Counted from the stretch's first letter, positions 18,616-28,423 are shown. The stretch is 64,000 bases of DNA from Acidimicrobiaceae bacterium (GCA_009843735.1 VYCW01000089.1:5598-69597); one strand, 5' to 3'. Program-made: numbers and translations. Notes: generated by a model from the sequence alone, not told the origin.

Positions 18616-19920
18616 CTAGCTGCAGACTCCGTCGGCGCTTGCGCCCCGGTGGCTGTGGCAGAGGACCGTGCGCTCGACACTCTTGAGGGTGAACGGGCCG
18701 GGGTTGTCCGGGGTCCAGTTCTCGGCCGGATGGGCGAACACCACCAGGCGGTACCCCCGGACCGAGTCGTCACCGATGCCGACGATGTCGATCGTCACCT
18801 GCCCGAGATCGCCGGAGAGGCCGGGCGCCCCCGACACCACGACATTGGATTGGGGCTCCTGGCTCGCCATCGTCCGGGCGACCGCGAGACCCAGCTCGAC
18901 CATGGTGTCGGCCACCGGGAGTTCGCCCAGGGTGTCAACCACCTCGGACGTGGCGTCGTCGGAGCCTCCAGCCTGAGCGAGATAGGTGGAGCTGGCCCAG
19001 CCCAGGAGGTCCCCGACTTGCAACTCGTGCCATATGGTGGTCGGCAACTGCCGGGTGTTGCCGGTGGCGACAACCCCGTTCTGCAGGTCGACGGTGGTGA
19101 TGATGTCGTCGGAGCCCGGCTGCCGCGCGTACACAGCCGGGTCGCGCACCCCGTCCATCACGTTGTCGAGCCTGGCGATGACGGTGCCGCTGGGGACGTC
19201 GCGGAAGTTCAGAGCGCTGTCGTGCCTGATCCCGACTACCGCCAGCCCGGTGCCCGCAGACGGGCCGATCTCGGACGGCTCGCCGGGAAGGGCCGCAGCC
19301 GCACCGGTGTCATCGGGCTCCGAAGCGCCTTCATCGGTGGCGGCGGCGTCATCCGGCTCGGGCTCGTCCTCGTCGGTGGCGGCAGCCCCGTCGTCGGGTT
19401 CGGCAGCATCCTCGTCGGTGGCGGCCTCCTCTTCCGGCTCGGAGACCTCCCCGGACTCGGTCCCGTCCTCGGGGGCCGCGTCGTCGCCGGTGGCTCCGGC
19501 GGTAGCGGCAGCCGCGTCGGCCGCCACCAGGGCGGTGGCCGCCAGGTTCCGAGCCTCCTCCAGTTGGGCCTCGAGCCGGGCGATGGTCTCGGGATCCACG
19601 GTCTCGCCGGCGGAGGCCAGCGCGTCGGCGAGCGCAGCCTGCGCGGCAGCCGCCACTGCAGCGGCCTCTTCGGCAATGACGATGGCCGCATCGGCCATGT
19701 CGGTGGCCGCGTCGGCCTCGTCCTGGGCCGAGGCGGCGTCGTCCCGGGCCTGTTCGACGGCTGCAGTCTCGGCCGAATCGGTCCCGGGCTCACCCAGGAG
19801 CGCGACCACCACGGCGAGGGCGGCGATGACCATCGCTGCCGCCGCGACCACCATCGCCCGCCTGGCCACAACCAGCGCGGCCGGGATCGGTCGCCGCACC
19901 GGCGGTCTCTGCTCGGTCAT
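18616..19920 (-). CDS. Membrane-anchored/secreted protein with Ala/Glu helix, acidic repeats and SH3-like C-terminal domain
   Basis: N-terminal TM; EPDDxAAATDE repeats; ALNFRDVP...W...GWASSTYL SH3b-like pattern. Confidence 0.6.
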   Translation of the reverse strand: MTEQRPPVRRPIPAALVVARRAMVVAAAAMVIAALAVVVALLGEPGTDSAETAAVEQARDDAASAQDEADAATDMADAAIVIAEEAAAVAAAAQAALADALASAGETVDPETIARLEAQLEEARNLAATALVAADAAAATAGATGDDAAPEDGTESGEVSEPEEEAATDEDAAEPDDGAAATDEDEPEPDDAAATDEGASEPDDTGAAAALPGEPSEIGPSAGTGLAVVGIRHDSALNFRDVPSGTVIARLDNVMDGVRDPAVYARQPGSDDIITTVDLQNGVVATGNTRQLPTTIWHELQVGDLLGWASSTYLAQAGGSDDATSEVVDTLGELPVADTMVELGLAVARTMASQEPQSNVVVSGAPGLSGDLGQVTIDIVGIGDDSVRGYRLVVFAHPAENWTPDNPGPFTLKSVERTVLCHSHRGASADGVCS

Positions 19921-20001
19921 CGGTCAACGCTCATAGGACGCGAGTATGACAGGACCGCGACCGCCTTCCGGTGACCGTCGCGGCGTCGCCTGAGACGTCC
20001 C

Positions 20002-21042
20002 TCAGTCCGGAACCAACTCCAAAGCCCGTCCCAGCGTGTCCAGCCGCTCGTGGACGGTTTCACCCGCGGGATAGAGGCGCACGGTGTCAACCCCGGCGGC
20101 CGCCCAAACGGCCAGGCGGTCGCGCACCATGGCGGCGGTGCCGATGAGGGTCGTTCCCAGCACCATCTCGTCGGGGATCACCGCGGCCGCAGCCCCGCGG
20201 TCACCGGCCAGCCACAGGCGCTGCGACTCGGCGGCCACCTCGGCGAAGCCCTGGCGGGTGTAGGCGGAGTTGTAGAAGTTGGAGATGGCCGATCCCATGC
20301 CCCCCAGGCTGAAGGCCAGCCCGGCCCGGCGGGCGTCGATCATGGCGGCCAGCTCGGCCTCATCGGCCGCGAAGGCGACCTCGGCGCCCTGGCACACGTC
20401 GAGGTCGTCCAGCGTCCGGCCGGAGCGGGCTGCGCCGGCTCGCAGGTGCCGGAAGTAGGCGTCGTCGGCCCCTTCGGGCACGAAGCTGGTGCCCAGCCAG
20501 CCGCCAGCTCGCTCACCGGTCAGCTCCAGCATCCTCGGCAGCATCGAGGCCAGGTAGACGGGTGGGGGCGACTCCGACCGGACCAACAGGCGCAGCGACT
20601 TGCCCTCGCCTCCGGGCAGCGGAAGCTGCAGATGGCGGCCCGCGTAGGCCACCCGCTCCCCGGCGAAGGCCTGCCCGATCACGTCGAGGGTCTCGGCCAT
20701 ACGGCCCACCGGATCGGCGAAGCGGACCCCGTGCAGGCCCTCCATCACCTGCGGTCCCGACACGCCGAGGCCCAGCACGAACCGCCCCTGGGAGAGCTCG
20801 TTGAGGGTTAGCGCGGTCTGGGCGGTCATCACCGCGGAGCGGACCCCTACCTGGAACACCGAGGCGCCCAGCATCACCCGCTCGGTGCGGGCCGCCAGGT
20901 AGCCCAGCGGCGATGCCGCGTCGGACCCCCAGGCCTCGGCCACCCACACCGCGTCGACGCCCAGGGACTCGGCCCCGACCACGAAGTCGACCAGCTCAGG
21001 CCAGGGCCCGGCGTCGGCGGTCAGCTGTACCGACGTCCTCAT
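20002..21042 (-). CDS. LLM-class (probably F420-dependent) oxidoreductase
   Basis: VWVAEAWGSDA and GRFVLGLGVSGPQVMEGLHG motifs. Confidence 0.88.
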   Translation of the reverse strand: MRTSVQLTADAGPWPELVDFVVGAESLGVDAVWVAEAWGSDAASPLGYLAARTERVMLGASVFQVGVRSAVMTAQTALTLNELSQGRFVLGLGVSGPQVMEGLHGVRFADPVGRMAETLDVIGQAFAGERVAYAGRHLQLPLPGGEGKSLRLLVRSESPPPVYLASMLPRMLELTGERAGGWLGTSFVPEGADDAYFRHLRAGAARSGRTLDDLDVCQGAEVAFAADEAELAAMIDARRAGLAFSLGGMGSAISNFYNSAYTRQGFAEVAAESQRLWLAGDRGAAAAVIPDEMVLGTTLIGTAAMVRDRLAVWAAAGVDTVRLYPAGETVHERLDTLGRALELVPD

Positions 21043-21073
21043 GGACGGTCGTAGGCCGGTCTGCGGGCCACCG

Positions 21074-22243
21074 TCAGGAGCCGGCCGGCGCCTGCTCGAA
21101 CATGGCCTTGATCCCGTCCACCACCCGCTGCATGTTGGCCCGGTGCTCGCTGATGCGGCGAGCGATGATGCGGGGCTCCAGGTCGGGCCGGGACTCGATG
21201 ATGCTGTCCAGGCCGGACGGGCCGGGCCCCAGGATGCCCCGGAAGCGCAGGCGGGTGCCGCCGACGATGGGTTCCAGCTCGAACCGCCACCGGGCGCCGG
21301 GATTGTCGATGTCGCTGGTGCACCAGCCGAACGCGGCCATCTCCTCGAACACGTCGACGAAGCAGGTCGCCTCCCAGTCGCCCCGCCCGGGATGGTGGTT
21401 GCGGCCCACGAAGCGGGCGCCCAGCGCCGGGCCGTCATGGCCGTCCTGCCACTCGGCTCCCTGGAACTCCTCGGAGAACTCGGCGGGCAGGTTGATGTCG
21501 GTGACTTGGGCCCACACCGCGGCCGGGTCGGCCCGGATGTCGGCCTCGGCGACGGTGCCGGGCCCGTCGGCCATGCACACCGGGTCGCTGGGCCCCCGCT
21601 CGAACGTGCGGGCGTAGCCGTCGAAGTAGGCGATCTCGCGGGCCGGATGGCGCCGGGCCGGCTTGAAGTCGGTACCGACCGTCCACGCCACCGGGAACAT
21701 GGCGATCTCGGTCACGTCGGAGGGGATGTCCAGCAACTCCTTGATGTCGGCGGCATTGGCCAGCCCGGCGGTGGTCCAGGCGGTGCCCAGGCCCCGGGCC
21801 CGCAGGGCCAGGCAGAAGCTCCAGCCGCTCTGGATCACCGAGTCGAACAGGCCGGGGCGACCGCTGCCGTCGTGGCGCCCGAGGATCACCGGGATGACGA
21901 TGGCCGGCACCTCTCCCAGGTGCTCGGCCAGGTGGGCCGAGGACCGCATGGACCGCTCCCGGGGGTCGCCGCTGCCGGCCAGGCGGTCGCGGGCCTCGAT
22001 CATGCGGTTGCCGATCACGCCGCGGTACAGCTCGGCGAGGCGCTGCTTGAGGTCGGGGTCGCGCACGATGAGCCACCGCCGGCTGCCCTGATTGCCCCCG
22101 GTGGGCGCCTGCTCGGCGATGTCGATGCAGTCCAGGATGATCTCGTCGTCGACGTCGCGCTCGAGGTCGAGGCGCCGCCGCACCGCCCGGGTGGTGGTGA
22201 GCACCCGGTCTACTGCCGCGGTGGCGTCCGGGTCAATGTGCAT
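21074..22243 (-). CDS. Nitroreductase fused to SRPBCC/START domain
   Basis: TTRAVRRRLD, QAPTGGN and RARGLGTAWT; C-terminal AVWAQVTD..GARFVGRN..W. Confidence 0.8.
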   Translation of the reverse strand: MHIDPDATAAVDRVLTTTRAVRRRLDLERDVDDEIILDCIDIAEQAPTGGNQGSRRWLIVRDPDLKQRLAELYRGVIGNRMIEARDRLAGSGDPRERSMRSSAHLAEHLGEVPAIVIPVILGRHDGSGRPGLFDSVIQSGWSFCLALRARGLGTAWTTAGLANAADIKELLDIPSDVTEIAMFPVAWTVGTDFKPARRHPAREIAYFDGYARTFERGPSDPVCMADGPGTVAEADIRADPAAVWAQVTDINLPAEFSEEFQGAEWQDGHDGPALGARFVGRNHHPGRGDWEATCFVDVFEEMAAFGWCTSDIDNPGARWRFELEPIVGGTRLRFRGILGPGPSGLDSIIESRPDLEPRIIARRISEHRANMQRVVDGIKAMFEQAPAGS

Positions 22244-22245
22244 GG

Positions 22246-22779
22246 TCAGTCTCCGTCCTGGTCACGTTTGGTCTGCTCGCCGTCGCCGACCTCGCGCACT
22301 TCGTCGACATCACGGACGTCGGGTCCGCCCGGCCGGTGCCGTCCGCCGCCCGGTGCGTGGCCGAAGCCGACACCGAAGCCGCCCCGACCGCCCGGCCCGG
22401 CCGTCCATCCGTGCAGGTTGATCTTCTTGGCGAAGCGGCGCAGCAGCAGCGACCGCACCGCCAGCCGGGTGGGGAAGAACAGCAGCAGCAGCCCTACCGC
22501 GTCGGTGATGAACCCGGGCGTGAGCATCAGCGCGCCCGCCATCAGGATCAGCAGCCCGTCGACCAGCTCCCCGGTGGGCAACTCGCCCCGGTTGAGGCGG
22601 ACCCGGATCTGGTTGAGCACGCCGAGACCGGACCGTCGCACCATCCAGGCCCCCACCACCGACACCGCGATCAGCAAGCCGATGGTCTCTGGTGTGCCGA
22701 CCCCGCCGGCCACCCGGATGATCACGTACAGCTCCAGCAGAGGCACGCACAACAACGCCAGGAGCAGCACTACGAACAC
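22246..22779 (-). CDS. fxsA: FxsA family membrane protein
   Basis: VPLLELYVII and GALMLTPGFITD motifs. Confidence 0.88.
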   Translation of the reverse strand: MFVVLLLALLCVPLLELYVIIRVAGGVGTPETIGLLIAVSVVGAWMVRRSGLGVLNQIRVRLNRGELPTGELVDGLLILMAGALMLTPGFITDAVGLLLLFFPTRLAVRSLLLRRFAKKINLHGWTAGPGGRGGFGVGFGHAPGGGRHRPGGPDVRDVDEVREVGDGEQTKRDQDGD

Positions 22780-22789
22780 GGCCCCAGCG

Positions 22790-22810
22790 TAAGAGGCCGA
22801 GCGGGTAGGC
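22790..22810. repeat. Terminal fragment of repeat family B
   Basis: taagaggccgagcgggtagg is near-complementary to cctacccgcggggcctctta at 52912-52931. Confidence 0.45.
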
Positions 22811-22845
22811 CGCGCCCGCGAGCGGATGCGTAGCCTTGTTCCGAC

Positions 22846-24108
22846 GTGTCGCTTCAGGATCGACCGCCCTCCGTGGACCGGCTGGCCCGCTCGCTGGCCG
22901 CTACCGGCCTGCCCCATCCGCTGCTGGTGGACGCAGCCCGGGCCGCCATCGCGGCCGGCGACCCCGACTCGGCCCCGGCCCGGGCCCGCACCCTCCACCG
23001 CCGGTTGCACACACCGGTGATCAACGCCACCGGCGTGCTGCTGCACACCAACCTCGGCCGGGCGCCGCAGGCATGGAGCCAGAGCGCCCACTACTCCAAC
23101 CTCGAACTCGACCTCGACACCGGCGAACGGGGCGATCGCCAGACGGGCGCGCCGGACCTGCTGGCCCGGGCCTGCGGCGCGGAGGCTGCCATGGCCGTCA
23201 ACAATTGCGCAGCCGCGGTGATGCTGGTGCTGGCCGCGCTGGCCGAGGGCCGCGACGCGGTGGTGTCGCGGGGCGAGCTGGTGGAGATCGGCGGCGGCTT
23301 CCGGGTGCCCGACGTGATGGCCTGGTCGGGTGCCCGGCTGGTGGAAGTCGGGACGACCAACCGCACCCGCCGGGACGACTACGCGGCCGCGGTGGCCGAT
23401 CCGGCCAACGACGTCGCGGTGGTGGTGCAGGTGCACCGGTCGAACTTCCGGGTGGTGGGCTTCACCGAGGCGCCCCGCACCGCCGAGCTGGCCGGCCTGG
23501 GCCCGCCGCTGGTGGCCGACATCGGGTCGGGCCTGCTCGACAGCCGCTGCGGCTGGCTCGAAGGCGGCCCCCCGCCGTGGCTGGACTCCGAGCCGGCCGC
23601 CCGCCAGACCCTCGAGGCCGGAGCGGCCCTGGTGACCTTCTCCGGCGACAAGCTGCTGGGCGGGCCCCAGGCCGGGATCATCGCAGGGCGGGCCGAGCTG
23701 GTCGACGCCTGCCGCCTCCACCCGCTGGCCCGGGCGCTGCGGCCCGGATCGCTGGTTCTGGCCGCCCTGCAGGACACCGCGCTGGCCTACCTGCGGGGCG
23801 ACGGCAGCGCCATCGAGTTCTGGCGGATGGCCGCCCTCACCCAGGCCGAGCTGCGCGGTCGGCTGGGCGAGTATGAGGGTCTCGCCGAGGTTGTCACCGC
23901 GGCCACGCCTGGCGGCGGCACCCTGCCCGGTGTCGAGATCGAGTCGGTGGGCATTTCCGTGCCGGGAGACCACACCGGGGCGCTGCGGTCCCGGCCGCGG
24001 CCGATCATCGCCCGGGTGATCGACGGCGCCACCGTGGCCGATCTGCGCACGGTCCACCCCGACGACGATGCCGAGGTGGCGTCAGCCCTGCGCGAGGTCG
24101 CCGGCTAG
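22846..24108 (+). CDS. selA: L-seryl-tRNA(Sec) selenium transferase
   Basis: VINATGVLLHTNLGRAP, SRGELVEIGGGFR, EVGTTNRT and FSGDKLLGGPQAG (PLP Lys). Confidence 0.97.
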   Translation: MSLQDRPPSVDRLARSLAATGLPHPLLVDAARAAIAAGDPDSAPARARTLHRRLHTPVINATGVLLHTNLGRAPQAWSQSAHYSNLELDLDTGERGDRQTGAPDLLARACGAEAAMAVNNCAAAVMLVLAALAEGRDAVVSRGELVEIGGGFRVPDVMAWSGARLVEVGTTNRTRRDDYAAAVADPANDVAVVVQVHRSNFRVVGFTEAPRTAELAGLGPPLVADIGSGLLDSRCGWLEGGPPPWLDSEPAARQTLEAGAALVTFSGDKLLGGPQAGIIAGRAELVDACRLHPLARALRPGSLVLAALQDTALAYLRGDGSAIEFWRMAALTQAELRGRLGEYEGLAEVVTAATPGGGTLPGVEIESVGISVPGDHTGALRSRPRPIIARVIDGATVADLRTVHPDDDAEVASALREVAG

Positions 24109-24154
24109 AACTGGCAGCACAATGAGCGCCATGCGTGCAAAACGCTGCCAATTC
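24108..24154. repeat. Palindromic repeat family A, copy 1
   Basis: gaactggcagc...caaaacgctgccaattc. Confidence 0.7.
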
Positions 24155-24162
24155 CCGCACCT

Positions 24163-25881
24163 ATGCATGTAGTCGCCACCGCCGGCCACGTCGACCACGG
24201 CAAGAGCACCCTGGTGCGGGCGCTCACCGGCACCGACCCCGACCGGTGGGACGAGGAGAAGGAGCGGGGCCTCACCATCGACCTGGGCTTCGCGTCGATG
24301 CCGCTGCCGTCGGGACGGCAGATCGCCTTCATCGACGTGCCCGGCCATGTCCGCTTCCTCAAGAACATGCTGGCCGGGGTCAGCGGGGTGGACGCCTGCG
24401 TGTTCGTGGTGGATGTGACCGAGGGATGGAAGCCGCAGTCCGAGGAGCATCTGCGCATCCTGCAGCTCCTCGGCCTGCGCCACGGCATGGTGGCCCTCAC
24501 CAAGGCAGGCGACGCTGACACCGATCTGGTGGAGCTGGCCCGTCTCGACGTTGCCGATCATGTCGCCGGCACGTTCCTGGCCGGTGCGCCCATCGTGGCC
24601 ACCGACGCGGTGGACGGCACCGGAATGGAGGATCTGGTCGCCGTGCTGGACGACCTGCTGGCCCTAACCCCCACCGCGGCCGACCGCGGCCGGCCCCGGC
24701 TGTGGGTGGACCGGGCCTTCGCCATCAAGGGGTCGGGCACGGTGGTGACCGGCACGCTCACCGGAGGGCGGCTCCGCAACGACGACACCTTGGCGGTGGT
24801 GCCCGCGGGGCACAGCGTGCGGGTGCGGGCCTTGCAGAGCCTGCACCAGCAGTGCGACGAGATGGGCCCCGGCAACCGGGTGGCGGTGAACCTCGCCGGC
24901 GCGGGCCACCGCGAGGTGGCCCGGGGGGACGCGGTGGTTCGGGCCGAGCAGTGGCACGCGGCCCGAACCGTCGACGCCGAGCTGACGGTGCTGGCCTCCC
25001 TCGACCACCCGGTCACCCGCCGGGGGGCTTACGTGGCCTACATCGGGTCGGGCGAGCACCCCGTGCAGCTGCGGGTGCTAGGGCCGTCGGCCATCGAGCC
25101 GGGCCGGGCCGGGCTGGTGCGGCTGCACCTGCGGGTGCCCCTCCCGCTGTGCATGGGGGACCGCTTCATCCTGCGCGAGTCGGGGCGGTCCGAGACGGTC
25201 GGGGGCGGCGAGGTGCTCGACGTCGACCCGGTGCTGCCCGCCTCGAGGGCCCGGCCCGACCGGTCGGTGGAACGGATCGTCGCCGAGCGGGGCCGGATCG
25301 ACGCGGCGCGGCTGGAGAAGCTCACCGGCCGGGCCCGCCCACCCGACCTGGGCCGGTGGGCGGTGGATCCCGAGTTCTTGGCCCAGACCAGGCAGCGCCT
25401 CACCGACGGGGTGGCCGCCGCGGGTCCGCTCGGACTAGATCTGGCCGGACTCGAGGACTTCGAGCGGACCGTGATCGAGTCCATCGACGGCATCGCCACC
25501 AGCGAGGGACGGGCCCGCGCCGCGGGCGGCGACGACCCGCTGACCGACCATCCGTTCGTGGCCGCGGCTGTCGCCGAGCCGTTCACGCCGCCCGCTCCAA
25601 CTGGCGTCAGAAGCGACGAGCTGCGTCTGCTGGTGCGCCAGGGCCACCTCGTCGAGAGCGGCGGCATCCACTTCGCGACATCCGCGGTGGACGAGGCGGC
25701 CAGGGTGGTGGCCCGGCTTCTGGCCGATCAGCCCGAAGGGGTGACGGTGGCTGAGGTGCGCGACGCCTGGGGCGCCACCCGCAAGTACGCCCTGGCCCTG
25801 CTGGCCCGGCTGGACAGCACCGGCGTCACCCGGCGGCGAGGCGACCTGCGCATCGCCGGTCCCCGGCTGCCCGAGCTCTAG
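24163..25881 (+). CDS. selB: Selenocysteine-specific elongation factor
   Basis: ATAGHVDHGKS, RGLTIDLGF and DVPGH; C-terminal winged helix TRKYA...TRRRGDLR. Confidence 0.97.
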   Translation: MHVVATAGHVDHGKSTLVRALTGTDPDRWDEEKERGLTIDLGFASMPLPSGRQIAFIDVPGHVRFLKNMLAGVSGVDACVFVVDVTEGWKPQSEEHLRILQLLGLRHGMVALTKAGDADTDLVELARLDVADHVAGTFLAGAPIVATDAVDGTGMEDLVAVLDDLLALTPTAADRGRPRLWVDRAFAIKGSGTVVTGTLTGGRLRNDDTLAVVPAGHSVRVRALQSLHQQCDEMGPGNRVAVNLAGAGHREVARGDAVVRAEQWHAARTVDAELTVLASLDHPVTRRGAYVAYIGSGEHPVQLRVLGPSAIEPGRAGLVRLHLRVPLPLCMGDRFILRESGRSETVGGGEVLDVDPVLPASRARPDRSVERIVAERGRIDAARLEKLTGRARPPDLGRWAVDPEFLAQTRQRLTDGVAAAGPLGLDLAGLEDFERTVIESIDGIATSEGRARAAGGDDPLTDHPFVAAAVAEPFTPPAPTGVRSDELRLLVRQGHLVESGGIHFATSAVDEAARVVARLLADQPEGVTVAEVRDAWGATRKYALALLARLDSTGVTRRRGDLRIAGPRLPEL

Positions 25882-25897
25882 TTCGGGTCAGGCTGGG

Positions 25898-26167
25898 TCA
25901 GGCCCGGGCTGTCCGCAGCAGGAGGTCGCGTCTCTCGACTTCGTTGAGGCCGCCCCAGATGCCGTGCTGCTCGCCGATGTCCAGCGCGTACTGGAGGCAG
26001 TCGGACTGCACGGAGCAGGTGGCGCAGATGTCCTTGGCCCGCAGCTCGCGGCGGCGCTTCTCGTCGCGTTTCTCGACGTAGGGCGGCGGGAAGAACACCG
26101 ACGCGTGCGGGCCTCTACAGGCCGCCCGCATCTGCCATTCAACCCTGTCGGCCGATGGAAACCCCAT
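25898..26167 (-). CDS. whiB: WhiB-family Fe-S transcriptional regulator
   Basis: Four Cys (C..CxxC..C) and GIWGG. Confidence 0.92.
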   Translation of the reverse strand: MGFPSADRVEWQMRAACRGPHASVFFPPPYVEKRDEKRRRELRAKDICATCSVQSDCLQYALDIGEQHGIWGGLNEVERRDLLLRTARA

Positions 26168-26225
26168 ACCAACGCCCTCCTCAACTGTGACGACTACCAC
26201 ACGAGGTGACCCGAAGCCAAGCCGC

Positions 26226-27527
26226 TCATGCGCTTTTCTCGGCGTCGTCGGCGGGCTCGACGGTCAGGACCAGGCCCTCCAGCGCCATCACCCGGATGGG
26301 ATCGCCCTCCGCAATGGGGGTGGCCCGCTGGGTGCGGGCCCGCCAGGGGGCGCCGTCGATGACCACGACCCCCTCGGGGTCCACCGGGTCACGGGCGACG
26401 CCCAGGGCGCCGATCATCCATTCCCGCCCGATGGTCGGTGTCCCGTACCGGGTGCGGACCATCGCGGGCATGCCGGTCACCATCCCCGCGGTGACCCCGA
26501 CGATCCCCGCCAGCAGCGTGACCCACGACAGGGACACGCCGTCGAACAGCGTCAGAGATCCGGCCGTCAGGCAGACGGTGGCGATGACAGTCCAGACCCG
26601 GGGCACGCCGGTCTGGATGTCCACGCCGTACCCGAACATGGCCACCAGCAGCAGCCCGACGGCCCAGCCCCGAGCCGGGAGCGCGGCCAGCCCGTAGCAG
26701 CCGAGCAGGAAGGACAGCGCGCCCAGTCCCCCGGCGATTCCCACGCCCGCGGTGTAGAGCTCGAAGACGAGCAGCCCGGTGCCGGCCAGGAACAGCAGGT
26801 AGGCCAGCGCGGGGCTGGCCGCGGTGTGCATGAACTGGTCGATCAGGGAGAGCTTGGCGAAGCGCACCGGGCTGACCGGGACCCGTACCGGCTCGTCGCC
26901 GGTGGTGTCGATCTCGGTCTCGAATCCGGGCAGGTCGATCACGAAGAGGCCCAGAGTGGGAGCCTCCCGGGCCAGTCCGAGGTCGATGGTCTCGGCCGAT
27001 GACACGGTCCGGTCCTGCATGATGGGGTAGGCATCGGCGAACGGCTCGGCCAGGTGATCGGCCGACAGGACCAGCGGGCCGAGGTCTCCCAGCTCCGAGC
27101 CGGGAGCCACCGCCAGGTCGCTCACCACGCCGGCCAGCTGGCCGACGGCGCCGGTGGCCACCGCCCCGGAGGGTCCGACCCACATGTAGACCGGCACATC
27201 CGAGGAGCGGATGCGGGCGGCCAGCTCGACAAGGCGCTCGTCGTCGACGATGGCACGCGGGCTGTTCACCTGGAGCACGAGTCCCAGCGAGCCCTTGGCG
27301 GAGGTCTGTTCGATGGATCGCTCGATGAAGTCGGCCATGATCCCGTCGAGGAAGCCCGACACCTCGACCACGTCGAGGACGTCGGTGCTGGCCGCAGCCG
27401 CGCCGTCGAGACTGCCGGAGGCCCCGGCGGCGGCGTTCGAGCCCAGAGCCAGCAGCGCGCCGACGGCAACCGCGCCCACGCCGATGGCGAGCCGAACGAG
27501 CCGAGCCAAGCGGCGCGGTCTCCTCAA
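26226..27527 (-). CDS. nfeD: NfeD-family membrane protein (ClpP-like N-domain, OB-fold C-domain)
   Basis: VWVGPSGA-like motif, TM region, TPTIGREWMIG and GAPWRA. Confidence 0.8.
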   Translation of the reverse strand: MRRPRRLARLVRLAIGVGAVAVGALLALGSNAAAGASGSLDGAAAASTDVLDVVEVSGFLDGIMADFIERSIEQTSAKGSLGLVLQVNSPRAIVDDERLVELAARIRSSDVPVYMWVGPSGAVATGAVGQLAGVVSDLAVAPGSELGDLGPLVLSADHLAEPFADAYPIMQDRTVSSAETIDLGLAREAPTLGLFVIDLPGFETEIDTTGDEPVRVPVSPVRFAKLSLIDQFMHTAASPALAYLLFLAGTGLLVFELYTAGVGIAGGLGALSFLLGCYGLAALPARGWAVGLLLVAMFGYGVDIQTGVPRVWTVIATVCLTAGSLTLFDGVSLSWVTLLAGIVGVTAGMVTGMPAMVRTRYGTPTIGREWMIGALGVARDPVDPEGVVVIDGAPWRARTQRATPIAEGDPIRVMALEGLVLTVEPADDAEKSA

Positions 27528-27532
27528 GAGCG

Positions 27533-27886
27533 TCAGGCGTCGGGGTCTCGGTCGAGTGCGCTGACCGCGGCCTCGAGGGTCTCTTCGACGGGCACGATGC
27601 GGTCGAAGCCGGTGGTGTGCAGCAGCCGGATCAGCGTCGGGCCGTTGCAGAACACCACGACCCGGCCCTCGTTCTCGCGGATGCGGCGGATCCCGCCGAT
27701 GAGGGCCCCGAGGCCGGCCGAGTCGATGAAGGGCACGTCGCAGAGATCCACGACCAGACGGTCGGCGGTGGCGTGGTCGGCGAGCGCCTCCCGGAAGTGG
27801 GCCACCGTGTAGGCATCGAGCTCGCCGGAGGGACGGAGCAGGTAGTAGGACTCGGCCTCGTTGTGGAAAGACTCGATGTCCAGCAC
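27533..27886 (-). CDS. STAS anti-anti-sigma factor
   Basis: GELDAYT and FIDSAGLG (phospho-Ser) motifs. Confidence 0.9.
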   Translation of the reverse strand: MLDIESFHNEAESYYLLRPSGELDAYTVAHFREALADHATADRLVVDLCDVPFIDSAGLGALIGGIRRIRENEGRVVVFCNGPTLIRLLHTTGFDRIVPVEETLEAAVSALDRDPDA

Positions 27887-27952
27887 GGGCTGGAGGATAT
27901 ACCCCAGCCGCCGGGATCGGGGTAGCCAGCGGGGCACGTTACGATCTCCGCC

Positions 27953-28333
27953 GTGCCTGAGGTGCTGCTGGTGACCGACGCCGACTGGGTCGCGGCGCAG
28001 TGCGAGGCCGCGCTGAGCGGCGAGCACACCCTGCACCGGGTGCGGCGGGGCGCGGACACCCTCGAGGCGATCGAGCTGGTCGACCCCGCTCTGGTGTTGC
28101 TCGACCTGCAGGTCGGCAACATGGGCGGGATGGCCGCCTGCCTGGCGGTCCGCCAGGAGGAGGACATGGGCCGCCTGCCGCGGCGGCCGCTGATCATGCT
28201 GCTGGACCGTGACGCCGACGAGTTCCTGGCCCGTCGCAGCACGGCGGACGCCTGGCTGGTCAAGCCCATCGACCCGATGGGCCTGGCCCGCCTGGTGGCC
28301 TCCACCCTGGCCGAGGCCTCCGCCCCAGCCTGA
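27953..28333 (+). CDS. Single-domain response regulator receiver
   Basis: LLDLQ..MGG and WLVKP motifs. Confidence 0.85.
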   Translation: MPEVLLVTDADWVAAQCEAALSGEHTLHRVRRGADTLEAIELVDPALVLLDLQVGNMGGMAACLAVRQEEDMGRLPRRPLIMLLDRDADEFLARRSTADAWLVKPIDPMGLARLVASTLAEASAPA

Positions 28334-28354
28334 GGGCGTGGCCAGACCGCGTTA

Positions 28355-28392
28355 CCCGCTCCTGTTCGCTGCGCTCACGGGCCGCTCGGGCC
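28355..28392. repeat. Repeat family B core
   Basis: cccgctcctgttcgctgcgctcacgggccgctcgggcc. Confidence 0.75.
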
Positions 28393-28423
28393 CTTGCCCC
28401 GGCTAGCATCTCAACGCTGCACA

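Noticed and set aside
24108-24162. tRNA-Sec (selC) between selA and selB
   Set aside because: Too short, no UCA anticodon arm; it is a family A repeat.
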